Source: Escherichia phage KKE7M
Strand: one strand, 5' to 3'
Sequence record: PQ356295.1
DNA: 64,000 bases
Shown here: positions 46,033 to 55,218 of the stretch, one piece after another
How positions within the stretch are numbered: the stretch's first letter is position 1
Layout: each line of letters starts with the position of its first letter
Notes under the pieces: model-generated
The model's database searches: none
The model's input: the letters and a program-made list of their open reading frames with translations, nothing else
What the model was told of the DNA's origin: nothing
Translations under genes and position numbers: made by a program

Positions 46033-46179
46033 ATGGACGATGTAAGTATTTGTCCTATCTGCGGCGGCACTGGGAATTTTATTGTTAGTATGGAACAATT
46101 TATTCCTTGTTGGAATTGTAACGGCTTAGGTTTCGTTCATACAGAAGAAAAAGAAGAGGAGGAAGATAGTGGGAGTTGA
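46033..46179 (+). CDS. small zinc-ribbon protein (DnaJ-type CxxCxGxG pair)
   Basis: 48 aa; CPICGGTG and CWNCNGLG; GAGGAG RBS; below track cutoff. Confidence 0.4.
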   Translation: MDDVSICPICGGTGNFIVSMEQFIPCWNCNGLGFVHTEEKEEEEDSGS

Positions 46180-46495
46180 TATTGCATGGCGTATGTTACA
46201 GGGTGCACCTTTTAATAAATGGGAAGAGGCTGTAGGAGAAGATCCTAAAATTGAAGAAGAATTTGGTGGAGATTTGAACTGGTTCTTACAAGAAGGTCTT
46301 GATTTAAGTCGTATCTCTCCTTTCTATGATGCTGATGAATCTTATTGCATATATGGCATTTATTTAGAAGGTGGCGAAGGAAGTATAGCTGTAGATCTTG
46401 AGCAACTAAATAAGAATGCAAAAGAAGCCTATGCACAACTTCTTGAAAAATATAACATTGAAACGGAAACTATTATTTCTCAACACGTTTGGTAA
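46169..46495 (+). CDS. hypothetical protein
   Basis: 108 aa ORF. Confidence 0.45.
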   Translation: MGVDIAWRMLQGAPFNKWEEAVGEDPKIEEEFGGDLNWFLQEGLDLSRISPFYDADESYCIYGIYLEGGEGSIAVDLEQLNKNAKEAYAQLLEKYNIETETIISQHVW

Positions 46496-46508
46496 GGAGG
46501 ATAGTAGA

Positions 46509-46706
46509 ATGATGCTAGATCAACTGATCAATGCTCCTCGCGTAACAGTAAGTCCAAAAACATTTGCATCACTTTTAGAAGATGCTAGAGAGGTTTATAA
46601 CTTTACTGAAGAAGAGCTTCCTGTTCCTGTTAAAAAAGGTTCCAGATGGTTATTTTATGAAGGTATTGTTTTTACTGAAGGGAATAATTGGAAGGAGACT
46701 AAATGA
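46509..46706 (+). CDS. hypothetical protein
   Basis: ORF 46416..46706 in track; likely ATG 46509 with AAGGAGGATAG RBS. Confidence 0.4.
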   Translation: MMLDQLINAPRVTVSPKTFASLLEDAREVYNFTEEELPVPVKKGSRWLFYEGIVFTEGNNWKETK

Positions 46707-47692
46707 AATACTTAGTAACAGGTGGTTTAGGCTTTATTGGAAGTGCGGTAGTTCGTTTCCTGGCTAAAAACACTAAGAATGATATTTACGTTATAGATAA
46801 ATGGGGTTACGCTTCAGACCCTAGAAATTTATCAGAAACACCTAATGTAAAGTTTTGTCGTGTTGACTTGACAAATGCTCAGTTAACTGCTAAGATTGTG
46901 GCAGATGTTAATCCAGATTATATAATGCATCTTGCAGCAGAAAGTCACGTAGATAATTCAATAGCATCACCGAGTGTTTTTATAAATTCAAATATTGTTG
47001 GAACATTTAATCTTCTAGAAGCTGTTCGTTTAATGGGAGATAAATCAAATCTTAAAATGTTTCATCATATTTCAACAGATGAAGTGTATGGTGATATGGA
47101 AGAAGGGGATTATCCGTTTACAGAACAGAATCCTTATAAGCCAAGTAGTCCATATGCTGCATCTAAGGCAGCAAGCGATCATTTGGTAAGAGCGTGGCAT
47201 CGTACTTATGGTATTCCAACAGTTATAACAAATTGTTCAAATAATTTTGGAGCGTATCATCATCCAGAAAAACTAATACCTAAAACGATAACAAATATCT
47301 TGATGCATAAACCAATCCCTGTTTATGGCAATGGTCTTCAAGTAAGAGATTGGTTATACGTTGACGATCACGCAGAAGCATTACACCTAGTAGTAACTAA
47401 AGGCAAATCTGGAGAAACATATAATATTGGGAGCAGAAACCCTAGAACTAATATTGATGTAATCTATATGATTTGTGATTATATGGATGCGGTGTATCCA
47501 TCTGAAACAGATGCTTGTAGCCTCATTGAGATGGTTACAGATAGACCTGGACATGATTTAAGATACGAAGTGAATCCTTATAAGATTGAAAAGGAATTAG
47601 GGTGGAAAGCTAAAGGCACATTTGAAGAAAAACTTTATTCAACCATTGATTGGTATGTAGATAACAAAGAGTGGTGGGAAAATAAAGTTTAA
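46703..47692 (+). CDS. rmlB: dTDP-glucose 4,6-dehydratase
   Basis: GGLGFIGS Rossmann motif, [20 protein letters not shown] (YxxxK). Confidence 0.8.
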   Translation: MKYLVTGGLGFIGSAVVRFLAKNTKNDIYVIDKWGYASDPRNLSETPNVKFCRVDLTNAQLTAKIVADVNPDYIMHLAAESHVDNSIASPSVFINSNIVGTFNLLEAVRLMGDKSNLKMFHHISTDEVYGDMEEGDYPFTEQNPYKPSSPYAASKAASDHLVRAWHRTYGIPTVITNCSNNFGAYHHPEKLIPKTITNILMHKPIPVYGNGLQVRDWLYVDDHAEALHLVVTKGKSGETYNIGSRNPRTNIDVIYMICDYMDAVYPSETDACSLIEMVTDRPGHDLRYEVNPYKIEKELGWKAKGTFEEKLYSTIDWYVDNKEWWENKV

Positions 47693-47700
47693 GGAGGAGT

Positions 47701-48570
47701 ATGAAAGGTATTATCTTAGCAGGTGGTAGTGGAACAAGACTTTACCCAGTTACTAAAGGGGTTAGTAAACAACTATTACCAATTTATGATAAGCCTATGA
47801 TTTATTATCCACTCTCTGTCCTAATGCTTTCTGGAATTAGGGAAATACTAATAATTACAACACCAGAAGATCAAATTAATTTTGTAAATCTTTTAGGTGA
47901 TGGTTCTTCTTTTGGTATTTCCCTACAGTATGCAATACAGGATAGCCCAAGAGGTTTAGCAGAAGCGTTTATTATTGGTGAGAACTTTATTGGTGAAGAT
48001 TCTGTAGCACTTGTGCTAGGTGATAATTTATTCTTTGGTCAGAGTTTTGGTAGCATTTTAGATTCTGCTAAAGAACATATTGAAAAGAATGGTGGAGCTA
48101 ATATTTTTGGGTATCACGTAAATGATCCTGAAAGATTTGGTGTTGTTGAGTTTGATTCTGAAGGTACAGTGGTGAGTATTGAAGAAAAACCAAAAGCACC
48201 AAAAAGCAACTATGCAGTTACAGGCTTGTACTTTTACGATAATTCTGTTATACAGAAAGCTAAAAGCGTTAAACCTTCTGCTAGAGGGGAGTTAGAGATT
48301 ACAGATATAAATGAGATGTACTGGAAAGAAAAGACTTTACGTGTCTGTAAACTAGGAAGAGGTTTCACTTGGTTGGATACAGGAACACATGAAAGTCTTA
48401 TGGAAGCATCTCAATTTGTTCATGCAATAGAGAAGCAACAAGGTATGAAGGTTGCATGCCTAGAAGAGATTGCTTTTAAAAATGAATGGATTACTTTAGA
48501 TTCTGTAAAAAGTTCTGGAGAGGTTTTAAGTAAAACAGACTACGGTAAGTATTTACTTAAATTAAAATAA
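47701..48570 (+). CDS. rmlA: glucose-1-phosphate thymidylyltransferase
   Basis: [18 protein letters not shown]...[18 protein letters not shown], near-colinear with bacterial RmlA. Confidence 0.9.
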   Translation: MKGIILAGGSGTRLYPVTKGVSKQLLPIYDKPMIYYPLSVLMLSGIREILIITTPEDQINFVNLLGDGSSFGISLQYAIQDSPRGLAEAFIIGENFIGEDSVALVLGDNLFFGQSFGSILDSAKEHIEKNGGANIFGYHVNDPERFGVVEFDSEGTVVSIEEKPKAPKSNYAVTGLYFYDNSVIQKAKSVKPSARGELEITDINEMYWKEKTLRVCKLGRGFTWLDTGTHESLMEASQFVHAIEKQQGMKVACLEEIAFKNEWITLDSVKSSGEVLSKTDYGKYLLKLK

Positions 48571-48581
48571 AGGGGAATTAA

Positions 48582-49136
48582 ATGATTCAAGCAACAAAAA
48601 TCGAAGACTTGTTGATCATTCAACCTGACGTTTATGGAGATGAACGTGGCTTTTTCTTAGAAAGTTTTAATCAGGCTTTATATGATCAATACATAGGTAA
48701 ACAAAACTTTGTCCAAGATAACCATTCACGTTCTATCAGAGGAGTTCTACGTGGGCTTCATTTTCAAAAGAAAAACCCACAAGGGAAGTTAGTACGTTGT
48801 GTTCGTGGTGAAGTTTATGATGTTGCTGTAGATATTAGGGTTGGTAGTCCAACATTTGGAGAATGGGTAGGTGTTCTCTTATCTGAAAAGAATAAAACAC
48901 AATTTTGGATTCCTCCTGGTTTCGCTCATGGCTTTGTTGTGATTAGCGATATTGCTGATTTTGAATACAAATGTACAGAATATTACGATCCGACTTCAGA
49001 GTGTAGTCTTGCGTGGAATGATCCAGATATCAATATAGATTGGGGTTTTGATTTAATCTTTAATGATATTAATTTTAAACCTATCTTGTCACAAAAAGAT
49101 CAGGAAGCCAAAACACTAAAGGAGATCATATTTTGA
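48582..49136 (+). CDS. rmlC: dTDP-4-dehydrorhamnose 3,5-epimerase
   Basis: 184 aa cupin-size protein with RGLHFQ motif; position in operon. Confidence 0.75.
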   Translation: MIQATKIEDLLIIQPDVYGDERGFFLESFNQALYDQYIGKQNFVQDNHSRSIRGVLRGLHFQKKNPQGKLVRCVRGEVYDVAVDIRVGSPTFGEWVGVLLSEKNKTQFWIPPGFAHGFVVISDIADFEYKCTEYYDPTSECSLAWNDPDINIDWGFDLIFNDINFKPILSQKDQEAKTLKEIIF

Positions 49137-49963
49137 CAAAATTTTTAGTCTTTGGTTCAAAAGGTCAATTAGGACAGTCTTTGGCAAAAGTTGCGCCAGA
49201 AGATGTTATTTTGATTGAAGCAAGTGATGTAGACATTACCAACTTTAAAGATGTTATGGATAGTCTTGTACAACATATGCCTGATGTTGTTGTGAATTGT
49301 GCGGCTTACACGGCAGTAGATAAAGCGGAAGAAGATGTTAACACCTGTATAAATGTTAATGCATACGGTGCAACAAACATTGCCAAAGCATGTAATGATT
49401 TACTGATACAGTTTGTACATATTTCAACAGATTATGTTTTTGATGGGAATGTTGCTGGCACAGAAGATAGTAAAACAAACCCCTTGAACATCTACGGTTA
49501 CAGTAAACAATTAGGTGAAACTTTAGTACAAACAGTTTGTCCTACAGCACTTATTATCAGAACAGCTTCTGTTTATAGTGAATTTGGACATAACTTTTTG
49601 AAAACTATGTTGGAACGCTACAACGGTGGTCAAAAAGAATTTAATGTAGTGTGTGATCATTTATCATGTCCTACTTATGCACCTGATCTTGCAGAAACAA
49701 TTTTTAAACTTGTAAAAGATGGTGTAAATAGTAAAATTGTACACTATGCAGGTGCAGATTATATTTCTTGGTATGATTTTGCACGAAAGATATTTCTTGT
49801 TATAGATTTATCTGTTACAGTTAATCCTGTATCTGCTTCAACCTATAATTCAAAAGCAGTCAGACCAGCAACATCTTATTTAAAAACAGATCCTACTTTA
49901 AATCCGCGAAGTGTTGATAGCGGTATTGTAAGAACTTTAACTATACTTTTAAACAAGGAGTGA
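49133..49963 (+). CDS. rmlD: dTDP-4-dehydrorhamnose reductase
   Basis: 276 aa, FGSKGQLGQ Rossmann N-terminus; last gene of rml set. Confidence 0.7.
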   Translation: MTKFLVFGSKGQLGQSLAKVAPEDVILIEASDVDITNFKDVMDSLVQHMPDVVVNCAAYTAVDKAEEDVNTCINVNAYGATNIAKACNDLLIQFVHISTDYVFDGNVAGTEDSKTNPLNIYGYSKQLGETLVQTVCPTALIIRTASVYSEFGHNFLKTMLERYNGGQKEFNVVCDHLSCPTYAPDLAETIFKLVKDGVNSKIVHYAGADYISWYDFARKIFLVIDLSVTVNPVSASTYNSKAVRPATSYLKTDPTLNPRSVDSGIVRTLTILLNKE

Positions 49964-50226
49964 AAATGAATTTTATTATCTACGGTAAACCAAATTGTCC
50001 TTTCTGCACTAACGCTAAGATTCTACTGGAACAGCGTGAACAGGATTTTAAATACCTTACCTTAGATGAAGACTATTCTTTAGATCAGATTCAGAATCTG
50101 GTTTTAGAGAAAACAGGTGTTCTACCACGCACATTTCCTCAGATTTTTGTGGAAGATGGTGAACAGCTAACCCACGTAGGAGGTTTTTCTGAACTACGTG
50201 AATTCATGGCTCAGATTGCGGAGTAA
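49960..50226 (+). CDS. nrdH: glutaredoxin (NrdH-like)
   Basis: 88 aa with CPFC redox motif. Confidence 0.75.
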   Translation: MKMNFIIYGKPNCPFCTNAKILLEQREQDFKYLTLDEDYSLDQIQNLVLEKTGVLPRTFPQIFVEDGEQLTHVGGFSELREFMAQIAE

Positions 50227-50229
50227 CAA

Positions 50230-50373
50230 TATGAAAGGTAAACAGAAACGTAAGATCTTTTCTCGTGCTTTGGCAACAGAGCTTAAGTCCCAAACTAAAA
50301 AGACGAAGCCTAAACGTGAAATGTCTCCTGAACACCTACTGTTTCAAGAGCTAGATCATGGGGAGGGCGACTA
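50230..50373 (+). CDS. small basic protein (47 aa)
   Basis: ATG 50230; Lys/Arg-rich; below track cutoff. Confidence 0.3.
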
Positions 50374-50386
50374 ATATAAGGAAAAC

Positions 50387-50887
50387 ATGGCTAAAGTAGT
50401 TGATGTGTTTGATATGTTACGTTTTGATGAAGGACTAAAGCTAACTGTATACACTGATACCGAAGGGTATTGGACAGTTGGTATTGGACACCTTCTGACA
50501 AAACTCAAAGATAAAGCAGAAGCTATACGCATTCTTGATAACTTAGTAGGTAGAAAAACCAATGGGGTTATTACTGAAGCGGAGGCTAGAAAAATCTTTG
50601 AGGGTGACGTAAAGAAAGCGATACAACAAATCCATTCAAGTACCATATTATCTCCTATTTACGATAAAGTAAGTCCTAATCGTAAAATGGCTATTATCAA
50701 TATGGTATTTCAAATGGGGTTGAAAGGTGCAGAATCTTTCAAAAATAGCTTGACTTTAGTGAGTAATTCATATTATACTCAAGCCTCTATAAATTTACGT
50801 AAAAGTAAATGGTATCGCCAAACGCCTAATCGCGCAGAGCGTGTAATTCAGGTGCTTAAAACTGGAACATTAGACGCTTATAACTAA
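50387..50887 (+). CDS. T4-type lysozyme (endolysin)
   Basis: DEGLKLTVYTDTEGYWTVGIGHLL catalytic region and WYRQTPNRAERV near-identical in pattern to T4 gene e product. Confidence 0.9.
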   Translation: MAKVVDVFDMLRFDEGLKLTVYTDTEGYWTVGIGHLLTKLKDKAEAIRILDNLVGRKTNGVITEAEARKIFEGDVKKAIQQIHSSTILSPIYDKVSPNRKMAIINMVFQMGLKGAESFKNSLTLVSNSYYTQASINLRKSKWYRQTPNRAERVIQVLKTGTLDAYN

Positions 50888-50888
50888 A

Positions 50889-50910
50889 CAAAGGGGCGAA
50901 AGCCCCTTTT
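50889..50910 (+). terminator. rho-independent terminator
   Basis: AAAGGGGC-GAAA-GCCCCTTTT. Confidence 0.65.
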
Positions 50911-50925
50911 ATAAGGAGTGCAAAC

Positions 50926-51678
50926 ATGGGAAATAAAACCGCAAAGGCTCGTCGTCAATCAGCAGCCAATGATGACAAACGTGCCAGTCGTTATGCGGCT
51001 AAAGCAGTAGGAAATGATGATTACCGTCTTGATGAATTTACCCCTATTGGGAATCAAGAAGCTATTGTAAGAAGCATGGTTTGGAATGACTTAACCATTG
51101 TTAATGCCCCAGCAGGAACAGGAAAAACAACAACAGCACTATGGAAAGCATTGCAAATGCTTAAAGCTGGTGACTTCAGAAAGTTGATTTTCCTTAAAAA
51201 CCCGACAGAAGTAGGTGATGATCAAATTGGTTTCTTATCTGGAGATAAGACTGATAAACTAGCAGCACACTATGAATCAACTAAAAGAATTTTCCAACAG
51301 TTTATGACTGCAAATAAATTGGAAAACGATATTGCAAGTGGCAAAATTGAACTTAATATTCCAAACTATGCACTAGGTGCTACGTGGGATAACAGCATTA
51401 TTCTTATTGATGAAGTTCAACTTATGTCACCAAATACAGTAAAACTTCTCCTTGAGCGAGCAGGTCTTAATACACGTATTGTCATTATGGGCGATGTTAA
51501 TCAAACATATGCAATTAAACGAAGAGCTAATGGGTTAGGTGATTTGTTAGATCGTGTTGTTCCTATTAACGAAGAAGGAGAAAGGGAAGCTATTGTAGAT
51601 TTTATTGGTTATGTTGAAATGACAACTGCTGATAACCAACGTTCCCGTTTGTCTCAGTTCATCACGGAAGTATATTAA
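50926..51678 (+). CDS. phoH: PhoH-like ATPase
   Basis: NAPAGTGKTT Walker A and overall PhoH length and pattern. Confidence 0.75.
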   Translation: MGNKTAKARRQSAANDDKRASRYAAKAVGNDDYRLDEFTPIGNQEAIVRSMVWNDLTIVNAPAGTGKTTTALWKALQMLKAGDFRKLIFLKNPTEVGDDQIGFLSGDKTDKLAAHYESTKRIFQQFMTANKLENDIASGKIELNIPNYALGATWDNSIILIDEVQLMSPNTVKLLLERAGLNTRIVIMGDVNQTYAIKRRANGLGDLLDRVVPINEEGEREAIVDFIGYVEMTTADNQRSRLSQFITEVY

Positions 51679-51714
51679 TAATTACAAGGCAAGGATGCCT
51701 ATTATGGAGGTTAA

Positions 51715-52206
51715 ATGACGCTAATTGAGATTGATCGCAATGGTATTGATGAATGCTATCAAGCTGGCTTAGTTAAGCCGAATGAGTTTAGACAGATTTA
51801 TATTGACAAGATTGAAAAAGAAATATCTCTTCGTTTAGAGAACATGACAACTTTGCAAAAAGTTCAGATGTTTTTTAGTTGGTTGAAAGGGGAGGATTGG
51901 CTAACTAAATATTACCAGGAATTATCTGATAGTCAAGAAGGCTTGTTTGAGTGTATAATAAATGTAGCTGGGTCTAATTCAGAATTACTCCTGATCGATG
52001 AAGAAGATTGTAAACTTCTTTTTCTTAGCAGCATCTTTCACAAGAAATCTATGTTAGTAAGAAATTGCAGTGATTTACTAAATCATCCACTAACAAGAAC
52101 TAATAAAATTCTTGTGGATAAAGAAACACTAAGAGCTATTGATTACCTCCGTAAATATGTAAGCGGTGGTAAAGCAGTCCTTAAAACACTACAGGAGGAA
52201 GTATAA
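51715..52206 (+). CDS. hypothetical protein
   Basis: 163 aa ORF. Confidence 0.45.
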   Translation: MTLIEIDRNGIDECYQAGLVKPNEFRQIYIDKIEKEISLRLENMTTLQKVQMFFSWLKGEDWLTKYYQELSDSQEGLFECIINVAGSNSELLLIDEEDCKLLFLSSIFHKKSMLVRNCSDLLNHPLTRTNKILVDKETLRAIDYLRKYVSGGKAVLKTLQEEV

Positions 52207-52859
52207 TGACAACAATTATTGCAACACGTAACAAAATTCTGTCTGACGGTAAGGTAACAGTAGGTAGTCGTGTAGACACTTTAAATTTCAAGAAAGTGCG
52301 TAAAATTGGGGACTACCTTGTTGGTGGTGCAGGACGTCTGTCTTCTATCCTGACTTTCTTTTCTTGGTTTGAACAAAACTTACAATGCCAGGCAGCACAA
52401 GAGACAATCCCAGGTTTGGTGATCCAGTCAGATCCCGATAAAGAAGATGAAGAGTTTGTGGCATTGGTTGTTCACCCAGACGGTAAAATTTATATGCACG
52501 AGGGTAATAATCCAACTCGAGCATATCCTTTAACTGAAGATTATTATGCAGTTGGTAGTGGGGCAGATTTTGCTTTAGCAGCTTTAGATGCTGGGGCAAC
52601 CCCGGAAGAAGCGATGGAAGTTGCAAAACTACGAGATGCTTTTTCAGGTGGTGAAACTTTTGTCGAAGAGATCGAAGAACAACTGGAGTTAACAGCGGAA
52701 GATATTCTGAACTTCAGCAAGGAGCAACTAATTAGTATGCTGTTGACTGGTGATCCTGATAGTGATGAAGCTGAAAGTATTTTAGCAGAAATGAAAGAAT
52801 CACAAGAAAAAGTATTGACAGTCTCTGAAAAACTTGATAAAGTATCCTCTGATAATTAA
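52206..52859 (+). CDS. HslV-like Ntn-hydrolase peptidase (proteasome beta-type), candidate
   Basis: N-terminal MTTIIA (Thr nucleophile after Met), KKVRK and AVGSGADFALAALDAG parallel HslV blocks. Confidence 0.45.
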   Translation: MTTIIATRNKILSDGKVTVGSRVDTLNFKKVRKIGDYLVGGAGRLSSILTFFSWFEQNLQCQAAQETIPGLVIQSDPDKEDEEFVALVVHPDGKIYMHEGNNPTRAYPLTEDYYAVGSGADFALAALDAGATPEEAMEVAKLRDAFSGGETFVEEIEEQLELTAEDILNFSKEQLISMLLTGDPDSDEAESILAEMKESQEKVLTVSEKLDKVSSDN

Positions 52860-52867
52860 TCTATCAT

Positions 52868-52886
52868 AAACCCCCTCAAGGGGGTT
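52868..52886 (+). terminator. hairpin AACCCCC-TCAA-GGGGGTT
   Basis: 7 bp GC stem after the 52206..52859 gene. Confidence 0.45.
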
Positions 52887-52899
52887 ATTAGGAGGAGAT

Positions 52900-53328
52900 A
52901 TGTTACCAGTACCTGTAATATTTGTAGAAAAAGCCTACTACTCTTTAGAACAAAACTGTAAAAGAGCTAAAAATTTTATTGAAAGTTTAGCAGAACAACG
53001 TTACACTGTATCTAAAAAGGGATGGTTTAGAAATTCACAATATTTAGTCAACCCTTTCGGAGAAGTTCGTGTGTTGTACGGCAACACAGAAAACATCTTA
53101 GAAAGAATGTTAGAACTAGATAGGATCTCCTCCTGTGATTATCAACTGTTGAAATTTTACGATGTGTCAGAAAACATTAAAAACTTTCTTGACGATTTGT
53201 CTAAACGAAAAACAGAAGAAGATACAATACCAGTATCTATGGAAGAATTAACGTTCTTAAGAGATATTATGGTTTTTGAAGAAAACCCTGAAATTACAAA
53301 AGAGGAGATTTTAAGTAGTGGCAAATAA
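52900..53328 (+). CDS. hypothetical protein
   Basis: 142 aa ORF with GGAGG RBS. Confidence 0.5.
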   Translation: MLPVPVIFVEKAYYSLEQNCKRAKNFIESLAEQRYTVSKKGWFRNSQYLVNPFGEVRVLYGNTENILERMLELDRISSCDYQLLKFYDVSENIKNFLDDLSKRKTEEDTIPVSMEELTFLRDIMVFEENPEITKEEILSSGK

Positions 53329-53827
53329 GTATGATCGTCCACCAACTGATTACTATCCTACTCCACAAAAATGTATAAATGCATTATTTAGTGTAATAGA
53401 TTTTAATAACCTTAAAGAAGAAGGTTTTATTTTTGCAGAACCGTGTAAAGGCGCTGCTGCTGCAATTTATCAACATTTTCCAGAAGGATCAGAATATTGT
53501 GAGTTAGAAGAAGGGAAGGATTATTTTAACCACGAATGGCATACTAAGCCGGATATTATAATCACAAATCCACCATTCAGACTTGCACTTGAGTTCTTGC
53601 AAAAGAGCTTAAAAGAAGCAGACGTTTGCATATACTTGTTGCGTCTTGGGTTCCTAGAGTCTATTAAACGAAGGGAATTCCATAAACAGAATCCACCAAC
53701 AAATTTGATTGTTCTCTCTGAACGACCATCTTTTGTTGCAGGTGGCACTGACAAGACAGCATATGCTTGGTACGTCTACGACCCAAAAAACAGGCTGGGT
53801 TTAACTCAACCTTTCTATTTTGTTTAA
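53318..53827 (+). CDS. DNA N6-adenine methyltransferase (phage Dam-like), candidate
   Basis: IIITNPPF motif IV and FAEPCKGAAA SAM-binding motif I. Confidence 0.55.
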   Translation: MANKYDRPPTDYYPTPQKCINALFSVIDFNNLKEEGFIFAEPCKGAAAAIYQHFPEGSEYCELEEGKDYFNHEWHTKPDIIITNPPFRLALEFLQKSLKEADVCIYLLRLGFLESIKRREFHKQNPPTNLIVLSERPSFVAGGTDKTAYAWYVYDPKNRLGLTQPFYFV

Positions 53828-53840
53828 GAGGAGCATTTTT

Positions 53841-54071
53841 ATGACCGAGAAATTTATTGTTACTATGGAACTCACCTTTGATGAAGAAGATTTTGATCTT
53901 CACGTATCAACTAAAGCAGATAACATTCACACAACACAGAGTGTTGCAATCGCTATGTTCTTTAAACAAGCAATTGCAAAACAAGCTGAAGTGTGTGCTG
54001 GTTTAGCTGTAGAGTATGCAGAAGTTGTCAAGGTTCTTGAAAATGCTCGTAACAACGATTGGGAAGAATAA
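53841..54071 (+). CDS. hypothetical protein
   Basis: ORF 53820..54071 in track; likely ATG 53841 with AAGAGGAG RBS. Confidence 0.4.
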   Translation: MTEKFIVTMELTFDEEDFDLHVSTKADNIHTTQSVAIAMFFKQAIAKQAEVCAGLAVEYAEVVKVLENARNNDWEE

Positions 54072-54274
54072 TGGCATACAATTACTATCTGGTATATTTT
54101 AACGAAACTAAGAAAAAAGACACAGGGACTAATGTTTATGCGGAATCCGAAGAACACGCAAAAGCTATTGGTTCAGTGCTTCTTTCTAGAATAGCAGGTG
54201 AAGAAATTCCTGTAGAAGCTATCTTTGCAGAAGTTGATCCTGGTATTCAAGAAGATGATATTACCACTACTTAA
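54071..54274 (+). CDS. hypothetical protein
   Basis: ORF 54059..54274 in track; likely ATG 54071. Confidence 0.35.
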   Translation: MAYNYYLVYFNETKKKDTGTNVYAESEEHAKAIGSVLLSRIAGEEIPVEAIFAEVDPGIQEDDITTT

Positions 54275-54277
54275 CTG

Positions 54278-54306
54278 TTGACTTTAACGTTAAGGTAGTG
54301 CATACT
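54278..54306 (+). promoter_or_regulatory. promoter candidate (TTGACT N17 CATACT) with palindrome TTAACGTTAA in the spacer
   Basis: TTGACT 54278-54283; 10 bp perfect palindrome 54284-54293; -10-like 54301-54306. Confidence 0.3.
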
Positions 54307-54331
54307 TCCTGTAACAGAACAGGAGGGTATT

Positions 54332-54994
54332 ATGAAGTTTGTACTGTATCATCGACTTTCTAAGAAGAAACAACAAGGCAACCAGTATGGTATAGAATCA
54401 CAGGAAGCAGATATCCAACGCTTCCTGGATTCACAAGAAAATTATACTATTGTAGGTAGCTTTGCAGAGTTTTATTCTGGTAAAGGCGATTGGAAGCAAC
54501 GTAGAGAGCTTGTAAAAGCTGTTAATCTTTGCAAAGAAACAGGTGCTACACTTGTTGTTGCTAAGGTTGACCGTCTTGGACGTAACACAGCTTCTGTTGC
54601 AACCTTGTTAGAGATGATTAATGTACGAATAGCAACGATGCCCTCCGCTGAAAATATGATAATAAATATTTTAGCAGTTCTGGCAGAAGAAGAGGCTCGT
54701 GCAATATCGGATCGTGTTAAGAAGAGCCTTAAGGTAGCAAAAGCGAAGGGAACGCTTCTTGGTGCAGCAAACCCTAAATACAAAAGAACAGATTATACGA
54801 AAACGGAAGAAGCAAAACGCTCAAAAGAGTTTGCGCTTTCTTTAAAAGATTCTTTAGTTGCATACAGGGCTTGTAAAACGCCATATATGACGATTGCAAA
54901 GCATCTGAATGAATCAGGAAAGAGAACTATTCGTGGGAGTTTGTTCGATGCCAAAGCGGTACAACGTCTTTGTGCAAAATTGAATATTAAATAA
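54332..54994 (+). CDS. small serine recombinase (resolvase/invertase family)
   Basis: LYHRLSKKKQQ catalytic Ser region, VVAKVDRLGRN, LAEEEARAISDRVKKSLKVAKAKG, C-terminal HTH-like tail. Confidence 0.65.
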   Translation: MKFVLYHRLSKKKQQGNQYGIESQEADIQRFLDSQENYTIVGSFAEFYSGKGDWKQRRELVKAVNLCKETGATLVVAKVDRLGRNTASVATLLEMINVRIATMPSAENMIINILAVLAEEEARAISDRVKKSLKVAKAKGTLLGAANPKYKRTDYTKTEEAKRSKEFALSLKDSLVAYRACKTPYMTIAKHLNESGKRTIRGSLFDAKAVQRLCAKLNIK

Positions 54995-55003
54995 GGAGGA
55001 AAC

Positions 55004-55207
55004 ATGGCAGTTCAATCTTTTGAGGAGACTGTTAAAAAACAATTCCTATCGAAGCGAGCGATGGTTGAATTTTTGCATTTTCTCGAAGTAGATAGGGTAC
55101 TTATTGAGACTACACCAGATGGTAACTGGCAAGTCTCGTATATTGCCACCAGGCATATCGTAGACAGTACGAAAGAAGAAATTTCGGAAGTTACGGTTGC
55201 TAGTTAA
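55004..55207 (+). CDS. hypothetical protein
   Basis: 67 aa ORF with AAGGAGGAAAC RBS. Confidence 0.45.
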   Translation: MAVQSFEETVKKQFLSKRAMVEFLHFLEVDRVLIETTPDGNWQVSYIATRHIVDSTKEEISEVTVAS

Positions 55208-55218
55208 AGGAGTTAAAT

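Noticed and set aside
54332-54994. Serine recombinase as a prophage integrase / temperate lifestyle marker
   Set aside because: It is a small resolvase/invertase-type enzyme with no large C-terminal integrase domain. No repressor, att-like site or other lysogeny genes are visible, and the gene content is that of a virulent phage.
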